Of a stretch of 12,299 bases of DNA, positions 1 through 6,449 are shown in pieces. Positions within the stretch are counted from its first letter, which is position 1, and the number at the start of each line of letters is the position of its first letter. The stretch is taken from positions 1 through 12,299 of the forward strand of contig JAWCFL010000047.1 in assembly GCA_038858525.1 (NCBI GenBank). Reading direction: 5' to 3'. Made by a program: the position numbers and the translations under genes. Below the pieces are notes generated by a model. It was not told the DNA's origin, ran no database searches, and saw only the letters and a list, made by a program, of their open reading frames with translations. Origin of the DNA: Candidatus Jordarchaeales archaeon (GTDB lineage: Archaea > Asgardarchaeota > Jordiarchaeia > Jordiarchaeales > Freyrarchaeaceae).

Positions 1-173
1 GGCGCATAGTAGCACCTTTTAGGGGAAATTACTTCCCCCTTCTGCTTTAGGTTCTGTATTATTTTTGATATTTCCTTGCTGTCAAGGTTGACGATCTTCG
101 CCAAGTCGCCTGGCCTTAGCGGCTTCCCAGCTTTCCTCATGGCATCGAGAACGAGGCGCTCCTTATCCTCCAT
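1..173 (-). CDS. Small winged helix-turn-helix protein, 3' end cut by the window edge; not in the ORF track
   Basis: ATG at 173 with RBS GAGGGGGTG at 188-180. The frame is open to the edge: MEDKERLVLDAMRKAGKPLRPGDLAKIVNLDSKEISKIIQNLKQKGEVISPKRCYYA(P). The three helices plus wing and the SPKRCY ending match a small conserved prokaryotic wHTH family. It explains the region better than the antisense ORF 76..267. Confidence 0.85.
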   Translation of the reverse strand, partial: MEDKERLVLDAMRKAGKPLRPGDLAKIVNLDSKEISKIIQNLKQKGEVISPKRCYYA

Positions 174-250
174 ATGTTGCACCCCCTCTTCAGCACCTAA
201 AGCACATAAAAAAACGGAGAATATTAAGGTTGACGTAAAGAAAGTAATAC

Positions 251-264
251 AAAAAAAAGAAAAA
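251..264 (-). terminator. T-rich archaeal-type terminator candidate downstream of ssb
   Basis: The minus strand reads TTTTTCTTTTTTTT about 30 nt after the ssb stop codon. Confidence 0.55.
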
Positions 265-293
265 TGAGCAAGTTGTGAAGGAGAGAAAGAGGG

Positions 294-734
294 CTAGTAT
301 CTTCTTCCTCTTCTGTACTCTCCTCTATCCTGCTGGAATCTGGGCTTATATGGACGTCTTTGCTGCTCGTAGAACCTGTCTGAGAGGTTATTTTCCGTGT
401 TGACGTTCACTTCATGTTCTCCGTTGTCCTCCTCCACGCTCCCGTAGCGTCCAATATTTAGTCTGAGGGAATTCCTATATATCGTGGTGTAAACGTTCCT
501 TAGAACGTAGACTTGTCCTGGCGTCAATTTATCGATCTCGTCGTTCCAGAGCGTGAGGTATATGCAACCAGTCTCGTCGCCAACTAAAGCGTCGGCAACC
601 CTCAGAGTCTCACCCGTTCTCCTAGAGACAACCTCTCTTTCGTCACCCAGCGAGTCACACTTGACAATTATATTTATGTTTTTAAGGTTGGGCTTTAAGT
701 CAGATACCTTGCTGAAGGACGATTCACTCAACAC
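294..734 (-). CDS. ssb: Single-stranded DNA-binding protein, single OB fold (crenarchaeal SSB / hSSB1-like)
   Basis: Motifs KVSDLKP, VADALVGDETGCIYLTLWND, G-VY-L-N-Y and LNIGRYG are characteristic of single-OB archaeal SSBs. A low-complexity Arg-rich tail follows. The start is GTG 734 or TTG 731, downstream of GGATGG. Confidence 0.9.
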   Translation of the reverse strand: MLSESSFSKVSDLKPNLKNINIIVKCDSLGDEREVVSRRTGETLRVADALVGDETGCIYLTLWNDEIDKLTPGQVYVLRNVYTTIYRNSLRLNIGRYGSVEEDNGEHEVNVNTENNLSDRFYEQQRRPYKPRFQQDRGEYRRGRRY

Positions 735-810
735 TCATTCCATCCTTTGCTTTCAGAGAAGAAAGCCGTTCGACACGACTTCTTCTATGCCTGAGACAAC
801 ACCTTACTCC

Positions 811-818
811 TATTTAAA
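811..818 (-). promoter_or_regulatory. TATA box candidate for ssb
   Basis: The minus strand reads TTTAAATA, a match to the archaeal TTTAWATA consensus, preceded by CCAAAGG (weak BRE). It lies about 77 nt upstream of the start codon. Confidence 0.6.
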
Positions 819-998
819 CCTTTGGAGTCAAGGTCTCCGCAAACTAGCAAGCACCAGCAAATCTTCTTTTCGCTTATTGCTTCCGCCCTTCAGCTTTGAA
901 GCTTCCTTAAATTGGCGGACGTCGCAAGATACAATTTCAGTTCTCCCTTTCCTTAATTGTTCCTTTAGACTCCGAGCAGAGGCTTAAACTACCCAGGT

Positions 999-1017
999 AA
1001 AAGGAAAGTAAATAAAA
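999..1017 (-). terminator. T-rich terminator candidate downstream of the flavin oxidoreductase
   Basis: The minus strand reads TTTTATTTACTTTCCTTTT about 40 nt after the stop at 1059. Confidence 0.5.
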
Positions 1018-1058
1018 GTTGATTGCTGTTGGCTTTCGAGACGAGCGACGTAGACGTA

Positions 1059-2171
1059 TCATGTATTCTGTTTTGAGCATCTAAGCCCTTGCTTTCCTGC
1101 GTTTCGCAGGCAGTCGTTACATGATGCGCAGTCCGACTTTAGCCCTTCGCCCTTCATCCACTTCATCGGAAGATCAGGGTCTCTGATTAGTGGGCGCGAC
1201 ATCGATATGAAGTCGGCGTACCTCTTCTCGATTATTTCCTCCGCTACGCTCTTCGACCTTATCCCACCGACAAGCATTATCGGCGTCGATGGCAAAGCCT
1301 TCTTGGCCTCTATCGCTAAGGAGAGGAAGTATGCTTCAGGTTCCCCCTTTCCGACGTTCGTTCTCACAGAGGTTAAGTTCCCATAGAGCGACGACTCGTA
1401 TATTCCCCCCGACACTTCTATAGCGTCAGCCCCGCTCTCCGAGACCATTCGGGCTATCTCGACCGACTCGGGCAGTTTCAACCTGTTTTCGTCAGCAACA
1501 AAGTCATCCATTTGAAGCTTCACAAGCACCGGCCAGTCCCTGCCACAAGCCTTCTTCATGCCTCTAACCATTTCAATAAGCATTCTAGCTCTGTTCTCCG
1601 TGCTTCCACCATACTCATCGTTTCTCCTGTTCGAGTAGGGAGAAAGGAACTGCGAAACAAGGTAGCCGTGGCACGCCTGAATCTGCACACCGTCAAACCC
1701 AGCATCCTTCGCTCTCTCCGCCGCACTTACAAAGTCCTCAATGACCTCTTTAACTTCTTCGCGGGTCATCTCTCTCGGCGTAGCATTAACAGACTTGTCA
1801 GGTATAGGTGAAGGAGCTATGAGAACGCCACCTGTGAGCTTCGGGTGCGCCTGCCTCCCCCCATGAGACAGCTGAACTACCACTTTGACTTCTGGATCAA
1901 CTTCACGGACGGCTTCAACCATCTTTCTTAGAGGAGGCACGCACGCGTCAGAGTAAAGCCCCGCCTGGCCCCTTAGGGCTATACCGTCCTTCCGCACATA
2001 GGCGAACCCAGTGATTATCAGTCCTGTACCTCCCTTCGCAAGCTTCCTGTAGAGCTCAACGTAGCGCTCGCCCACAATGCCGTTCTCGTCCGCTAACCCC
2101 TCATAGGTGGCTGACCTAACAATCCTGTTTTTAACCTCCATGGGTCCTACAAGTCCTGGTTCGAAGAGCAA
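1059..2171 (-). CDS. NADH:flavin oxidoreductase / Old Yellow Enzyme family (FMN TIM barrel) with C-terminal CxxCxxC...C putative 4Fe-4S motif
   Basis: Motifs NRIVRSAT, GGTGLIITG, QLSHGGRQ, AGFDGVQIQACHGYLVSQFLSP, NRRNDEYGGSTENRAR, VGGIRS and ADFISMSRPLIRDPDLP are present. The C-terminus reads CASCNDC...C. The start is TTG 2171 with RBS GAGGTGA at 2182-2176. Confidence 0.93.
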   Translation of the reverse strand: MLFEPGLVGPMEVKNRIVRSATYEGLADENGIVGERYVELYRKLAKGGTGLIITGFAYVRKDGIALRGQAGLYSDACVPPLRKMVEAVREVDPEVKVVVQLSHGGRQAHPKLTGGVLIAPSPIPDKSVNATPREMTREEVKEVIEDFVSAAERAKDAGFDGVQIQACHGYLVSQFLSPYSNRRNDEYGGSTENRARMLIEMVRGMKKACGRDWPVLVKLQMDDFVADENRLKLPESVEIARMVSESGADAIEVSGGIYESSLYGNLTSVRTNVGKGEPEAYFLSLAIEAKKALPSTPIMLVGGIRSKSVAEEIIEKRYADFISMSRPLIRDPDLPMKWMKGEGLKSDCASCNDCLRNAGKQGLRCSKQNT

Positions 2172-2218
2172 GCAATCACCTCTCCGAATAATTGGGCAAC
2201 AAACAGTAAGAGAACGCC

Positions 2219-2227
2219 TTTAAAAAA
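2219..2227 (-). promoter_or_regulatory. TATA box candidate for the flavin oxidoreductase gene
   Basis: The minus strand reads TTTTTTAAA about 48 nt upstream of the start codon. Confidence 0.4.
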
Positions 2228-2297
2228 TTGCTTGATGATGACGACTCCTATGCCGCGCTTATTTCTTGCAGCTTATAGACGACGCATAGAAAAACAT

Positions 2298-2333
2298 TTA
2301 TTCCACTTATTCCACTTTTTCCACTTGGTGGAA
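2298..2333 (+). repeat. Operator-like repeat array upstream of vapB: three tandem 9-mers plus one inverted core
   Basis: TTATTCCAC (2298-2306), TTATTCCAC (2307-2315) and TTTTTCCAC (2316-2324) are followed by TTG and GTGGAA (2328-2333), the reverse complement of TTCCAC. The array overlaps a BRE/TATA candidate (GAAAAACATTTATT, 2289-2302) and the RBS GGTGG. Confidence 0.8.
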
Positions 2334-2335
2334 GA

Positions 2336-2581
2336 ATGAAGACGATCAAGGTTAGCGATGAAACATACAGGAAGCTCTGCGAAAAAGCAGGAAGACTTCA
2401 GGCTGAGCTGAAAAGACCAGTATCAATCGATGAAACGATACGTTACCTGCTGGAAGAGAAGAAAAAAAGCGGTATCTTGGAGCTAGCCGGAAGCTGGGAG
2501 CTTAAAGATGATGAAGCTGAGGAGATATTTTCCTCGCTCAGAAGGTGGTGGGGCAGTTGGAGGACGGAAAGGTCTGCCTAG
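2336..2581 (+). CDS. vapB: VapB-type antitoxin (ribbon-helix-helix-like N-terminus)
   Basis: 81 aa. The N-terminus has a strand-helix-helix pattern (MKTIKVSDETYRKL...SIDETIRYLL) and the C-terminus is acidic/aromatic (LAGSWELKDDEAEEI). It overlaps a downstream PIN-domain gene. Confidence 0.8.
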   Translation: MKTIKVSDETYRKLCEKAGRLQAELKRPVSIDETIRYLLEEKKKSGILELAGSWELKDDEAEEIFSSLRRWWGSWRTERSA

Positions 2582-2967
2582 ATTCGGATGTGCTCATAAG
2601 CTACCTTAGGGGTAAAAGCGCGGCGGTCGACGATGTACGCAGGCTTGAGGAGGAGGCAGTTACCTTATCAACGACTTCGATAAACGCCTTTGAGGTTTTT
2701 TACGGCGCCTATAAAAGCGGAAGGAGGATGAACGTGGAAAGCGCCATTAGGCTTATGGAGAGGCTCGTGATCCTCCACTTTGACAGAGAAGCCGCTGAGG
2801 CCGCAGGAAGAATTCTAGCCCAGCTCGAGGCAAAAGGAGAGTTAGTGGAGTTTAGAGACGTGCTTATAGGGGCAACTTGCCTAGTTAATGGGTACACCAT
2901 AGCCACTTGGAACGCCAAGCACTTCAGGAGGATCCCTGGCTTAAAAGTTATTGAGCTGCAACGCTGA
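2557..2967 (+). CDS. vapC: VapC-type PIN-domain ribonuclease toxin
   Basis: PIN motifs CLDSDVLI, INAFEV, FRDVLIGAT and TWNAKHF are present. The likely start is TTG 2557, 6 nt after GGTGGTG; the ORF track gives GTG 2545. Confidence 0.92.
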   Translation: MEDGKVCLDSDVLISYLRGKSAAVDDVRRLEEEAVTLSTTSINAFEVFYGAYKSGRRMNVESAIRLMERLVILHFDREAAEAAGRILAQLEAKGELVEFRDVLIGATCLVNGYTIATWNAKHFRRIPGLKVIELQR

Positions 2968-2993
2968 ACGTGAGCAACGGGAGTTTGAAGGAG

Positions 2994-3019
2994 AGAGCTG
3001 AAGCACGTGCTTCAACTCT
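2994..3019. promoter_or_regulatory. Near-perfect 26-bp palindrome, candidate transcription-factor site or hairpin
   Basis: AGAG-C-TGAAGCACGTGCTTCA-A-CTCT. The perfect 16-bp core spans 2999-3014, and four more pairs follow one mismatch. It is intergenic, between the vapC stop and the operon TATA candidate. Confidence 0.6.
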
Positions 3020-3029
3020 TGTCGTCTTC

Positions 3030-3046
3030 GAAAATGATATTTTAAG
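3030..3046 (+). promoter_or_regulatory. BRE/TATA candidate for the AAA-vWA-SMC operon
   Basis: GAAAATGATATTTTAAG has a purine-rich BRE-like segment followed by an AT-rich TATA-like box. Its position favours TTG 3077 (after GGAGGT 3068-3073) over TTG 3050 as the start. Confidence 0.45.
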
Positions 3047-3049
3047 AGT

Positions 3050-4771
3050 TTGGATAAGAAATTTTGGGGAGGTCCTTTGTCGTCTGAGATTCTTCGCAGG
3101 AAAGTGCTGGATGTGATTAACATAGTCGAGAGCCATGGACTCTTTGTACACGACAGCAGGCTGGTCGTCAGGTGTGGAGATGGAGAGGAGATTAGAGTTT
3201 TGGAGATGCCGCTGGTCGTCACGTTGGCTGTCCTCAACGCTTTGGTTCCTAGGGGGGCCATGCTGCTTTACGGCGGACACGGCGGGGGCAAGACGACGCT
3301 GGCGAAGGTTTTGGGGCGCATGATGACTGGCGCCTATCTTTCAGATGTGGAGGAGGCCATAGTGCGCGGGCACCCTCAACTCACAGAGGAGAAGATGATA
3401 GCAACCCTCAAACCCGGACGCTTACTGAAGGACGGAGTGGAGGAGGTGGTGTGGCGCAGGTTCGTTACTAGCTTCTGGAAGATCGTGGATGAGGTCAACA
3501 GGCTCACACCCTACACCCAGAACATTCTTCTCTCTCTCCTCGCCGAGGGGAAGGTGAAGTTCTATGATGCGGTCTATGAGTGCGACCACTTTGTCCTTTA
3601 CGCGACCATGAACCCCCAGGACCCTGGAACGTTCGAGGTGGGGCTTCCATTCCTTGACAGGTTCGGCATAGCGGTGCCCATAACGATGCCGAGCCTCACC
3701 GAGATCCCCTTCATTCTTGCAGGGCAGGACGAGAAGCTGTATGGCTACGACCCGTATTACCAAGTCCCCCAAGTGCTGAGCATGGAAGAGCTGGTCTCCA
3801 CCTGGCGGCTGGTTGACGCCATCCCAGTAGACGAGGAGGCAAAGTTATTCGTGGGTAACCTCATGTCAGAGTTCTCTGTCTGCGAGAGGACATCGAAGGA
3901 AAACGTGGCCATCCTCAGACCGGATACAGGCCTCTGCGACGGGTGCCACTTCAACGTTGAAAAATCAGTATGCAACAAGGTTGTGACGCCTCTCAGCGTG
4001 AGGGCTGCTAAGGACATTTTAAGGTACTCTAAGGCGTTATCTTGGCTCCTTGGACTGGAAAAGGTGACCGTTGACGTGGTTTATGCCGTAGCGCCCTACG
4101 CGATATGGCACAGGGTTAGATACCCGGAGAAGCTCATCAGGGAGGAGCCATACTACGGGGACCAGTTGAAGTTCACGTTGAACATTGTGAGGCTTGTGAG
4201 GGAGAGGTTTGCGGCGAGAAGAAAAGCTCTGGAGATCTTTGAGAAATTCAAAGTGGGGGAGGGAGACGAGAAAGAGATGAGGATGCTTGAGGAGTGGGGG
4301 AGAAGCGACGTGGTGGTCAAGGTGGAGGTGGCGCCGAAGGCTCGCTACTTCGCCAGCAGGGAGTACAGGAAAATGATAGAAATGCTGAAAATGGCCTTGG
4401 GGTCTGGAAGCGTCGAGAAGCTTGAAGAAGTCAGAGACGCCGTTGTGTCAGAGGGGGGCATACCGAACAGGTTTGAGATACTGCGCATGGTCGAGGAGAA
4501 ACTTTACGAGAGTACAAAGAGAAGCTACAAGGTGACTTTCATAGACTGGAAAGCGATATACGGTAGGCTCGCTGAAAGGTTCCCCGAGCTACAGGAGCCG
4601 CTCAAGCACACCTTCAACCCTCCAAAGTCAAGGTTCATTAAGAGCCGGGAACTCATCATAGCTGTTCACACCACGGGAAGGCATGAGGATGACCCAGTAT
4701 TCATAGAGGTGGCTGGAGGGAGAAAAGCGGAGGAAGTGTCAAAGCTTATAAAGGAGGCTTGTGGAAGCTGA
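3050..4771 (+). CDS. MoxR-like AAA+ ATPase with Cys-cluster insertion and about 200-aa C-terminal extension
   Basis: Walker A is LLYGGHGGGKTT, the H2-insert region is GHPQLTEEK, Walker B is KIVDEVNRL, sensor I is ATMNP and the arginine finger is PFLDRF. The Cys cluster is C278/C296/C299/C308. A vWA gene lies directly downstream. The true start may be TTG 3077. Confidence 0.88.
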   Translation: MDKKFWGGPLSSEILRRKVLDVINIVESHGLFVHDSRLVVRCGDGEEIRVLEMPLVVTLAVLNALVPRGAMLLYGGHGGGKTTLAKVLGRMMTGAYLSDVEEAIVRGHPQLTEEKMIATLKPGRLLKDGVEEVVWRRFVTSFWKIVDEVNRLTPYTQNILLSLLAEGKVKFYDAVYECDHFVLYATMNPQDPGTFEVGLPFLDRFGIAVPITMPSLTEIPFILAGQDEKLYGYDPYYQVPQVLSMEELVSTWRLVDAIPVDEEAKLFVGNLMSEFSVCERTSKENVAILRPDTGLCDGCHFNVEKSVCNKVVTPLSVRAAKDILRYSKALSWLLGLEKVTVDVVYAVAPYAIWHRVRYPEKLIREEPYYGDQLKFTLNIVRLVRERFAARRKALEIFEKFKVGEGDEKEMRMLEEWGRSDVVVKVEVAPKARYFASREYRKMIEMLKMALGSGSVEKLEEVRDAVVSEGGIPNRFEILRMVEEKLYESTKRSYKVTFIDWKAIYGRLAERFPELQEPLKHTFNPPKSRFIKSRELIIAVHTTGRHEDDPVFIEVAGGRKAEEVSKLIKEACGS

Positions 4772-6432
4772 TAGAAAGAAGGGGAAGGAAAAGAGGGGAA
4801 AGTAAGAAGATTCTCTCAGCGGTCAGGAGGGGAGTTTCATTAGCTGTCAGTGACTTCTATTACCCCCCAGTTCCCGATCCTGAGGTCAGAGTAGGAAACG
4901 TGAAGGAAACATTATTTTATATTACGGAGAACGATTGGAAGATACACATAAACGTCAGGGATGTGCCCCCGCTGAGGGGTGATGAACTTGTGGCCTTTTT
5001 TCGCTCGTTGTGTAGGCACGAACTGGGGCACTATGCGGTCTGCCCATACGATGTTCCCACATCGACGCTCATAACTGGTAGTGCCGCCAAGCAGGTTGGA
5101 ACAGACCTAGCAGGCTTCGTCGCAAACTTTTTCTCAGACCTCGTCGTCGACAACTATCTTTTCGAGAGATACCCTGATGAGACCGTGTGGGAGAAGAAAA
5201 TCACCGTGAACTATGCTCGTAGCACTGGTTCGCCGAGCAAGGTGTGGATGGTGCTCGTTAGGTGCTACGAGAAAATGTTGAAAGTTAAACTCGCGAAAAA
5301 TTTAGAGACATCCAGAGAGATAGACAAAGCTGCATCGAGAATAGTTAGGACAATTAGGAGAGGGGGAGTGCTGAATGAGGAAACATGGCCGAGGAAAGTG
5401 AGGAAGGTGGCTGAGATACTTAAGCCTTTCTTGGAGGAATTAAGAGAGCCGACGGCTGGTGTTAAGGGAGAATATAAGGAGACGCCTACAGGCAAACGTG
5501 TTTTTGTTCCAGAGGATGTCGCGAGGACTATGAGGGGAAATCCCTTGAAGCCGCCGCTTAGAAGAGAAGGTGAAAGCTGCGAGAAGGCGGCGGCGAGGCA
5601 TGCCGAGAGAGGTGAGAGGCTTGAGGGCTTCGTTTATGCTGCAAGGTCGGCTGGGCTTGTTTCAAGTGAAAAGGAGGCATTAAGGGCTTGGTATAGGGCG
5701 AAGGCTGACATGAAGATTAATGTTAAGCTTAAGTCGGCGAGGAGGAAGGGAGCGGAGGTGCAGGTTTACCCCGACATATGGAGGATTGACGACCCGATCG
5801 AGGAGCTCGACATACCTCTCTCTATACAGTCATTCCCTAGAATGATACCGGGCGTGACGACGAAGAAATGGATTAAGAGTTCAGGTGAGAGTGGAGGGAG
5901 GGAGGGGGCGCCGCCCGACATGTTAATAGTCCTGGATAGTTCGGGCAGCATGGAGGGCTTTGGAGATGGGACACCTTTCGATCTAGCGCTCATAGCAGCT
6001 TTCTCAGCCCTCAAATTCGCGATGAGCAGGAGCTGTAAGGTTGCAGCCATCAACTTCTCCGATAGAGCGATAGAGTGCAACTGGACCAGGGACAGAATCA
6101 ACATTGAGAACACGCTTCTAGCGTATCAGGGTAACGGCACCGTTCTCCCCGTGAAAAACATAATAGATATCGCGATGAAAAACAATTCAAAGATCCTGCT
6201 ACTAATAATAACGGACACCGAGATATCTAATTGGGACGAGGCCGTGGAAGAGCTTGGGAAGCTTGCATCTATAGGGCATACCGTGTGCATTTTCTTCATA
6301 GGGGGACGCGCAGGTGAGCTGGAGGAGAGACATAAGAAGCTCGTTTCTGCCGGGGGGAAAATTTACACTATTCCGAGCGTTAAGGAGCTACCAGACGTAG
6401 TGATAGAGGAAGTTAGGGGGCACTATATATAG
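4759..6432 (+). CDS. HExxH putative metallopeptidase domain fused to C-terminal vWA (MIDAS) domain
   Basis: RHELGH (H87-H91) is followed by ANFFSDLVVDN (N123, D127, D131). MIDAS residues are LIVLDSSGSM (D393/S395/S397), GNGT (T461) and LIITD (D486). The gene overlaps the AAA gene by 13 nt, and its exact start is uncertain. Confidence 0.85.
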   Translation: MWKLIERRGRKRGESKKILSAVRRGVSLAVSDFYYPPVPDPEVRVGNVKETLFYITENDWKIHINVRDVPPLRGDELVAFFRSLCRHELGHYAVCPYDVPTSTLITGSAAKQVGTDLAGFVANFFSDLVVDNYLFERYPDETVWEKKITVNYARSTGSPSKVWMVLVRCYEKMLKVKLAKNLETSREIDKAASRIVRTIRRGGVLNEETWPRKVRKVAEILKPFLEELREPTAGVKGEYKETPTGKRVFVPEDVARTMRGNPLKPPLRREGESCEKAAARHAERGERLEGFVYAARSAGLVSSEKEALRAWYRAKADMKINVKLKSARRKGAEVQVYPDIWRIDDPIEELDIPLSIQSFPRMIPGVTTKKWIKSSGESGGREGAPPDMLIVLDSSGSMEGFGDGTPFDLALIAAFSALKFAMSRSCKVAAINFSDRAIECNWTRDRINIENTLLAYQGNGTVLPVKNIIDIAMKNNSKILLLIITDTEISNWDEAVEELGKLASIGHTVCIFFIGGRAGELEERHKKLVSAGGKIYTIPSVKELPDVVIEEVRGHYI

Positions 6433-6449
6433 TATAGGTAGGTGGGACG

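Noticed and set aside
1-173. True Zalpha Z-DNA-binding domain
   Set aside because: The overall layout is similar, but the key recognition-helix Asn and Tyr and the wing Pro-Pro-x-Trp are not conserved.
883-917. Possible hairpin CCGCC-CTTCA-GCTT-TGAAG...GGCGG in the 324-nt ssb/oxidoreductase gap
   Set aside because: The stems are only 5 bp with a large asymmetric bulge, which is within chance expectation. No RNA family features or start-containing ORF were found.
76-987. Plus-strand ORFs 76..267 and 553..987
   Set aside because: They are antisense to the wHTH and ssb genes and their promoters, have no RBS or motif support, and are Ser/Leu-rich.
2235-2295. Box C (ATGATGA at 2235-2241) suggesting a C/D box sRNA
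   Set aside because: No CTGA D box or convincing D'/C' boxes lie within the expected 50-60 nt.
2298-2324. DnaA-box-like array (TTATTCCAC versus TTATCCACA), i.e. a replication origin
   Set aside because: The match is imperfect, the context is archaeal (origins use ORB elements near orc1/cdc6), there is no unwinding element, and the position over the vapB promoter fits an operator better.
3935-3949. CxxCH (CDGCH) heme c attachment motif in the AAA ATPase
   Set aside because: The protein is a cytoplasmic ATPase with no signal peptide, and two further Cys nearby suggest a Zn or Fe-S site instead.
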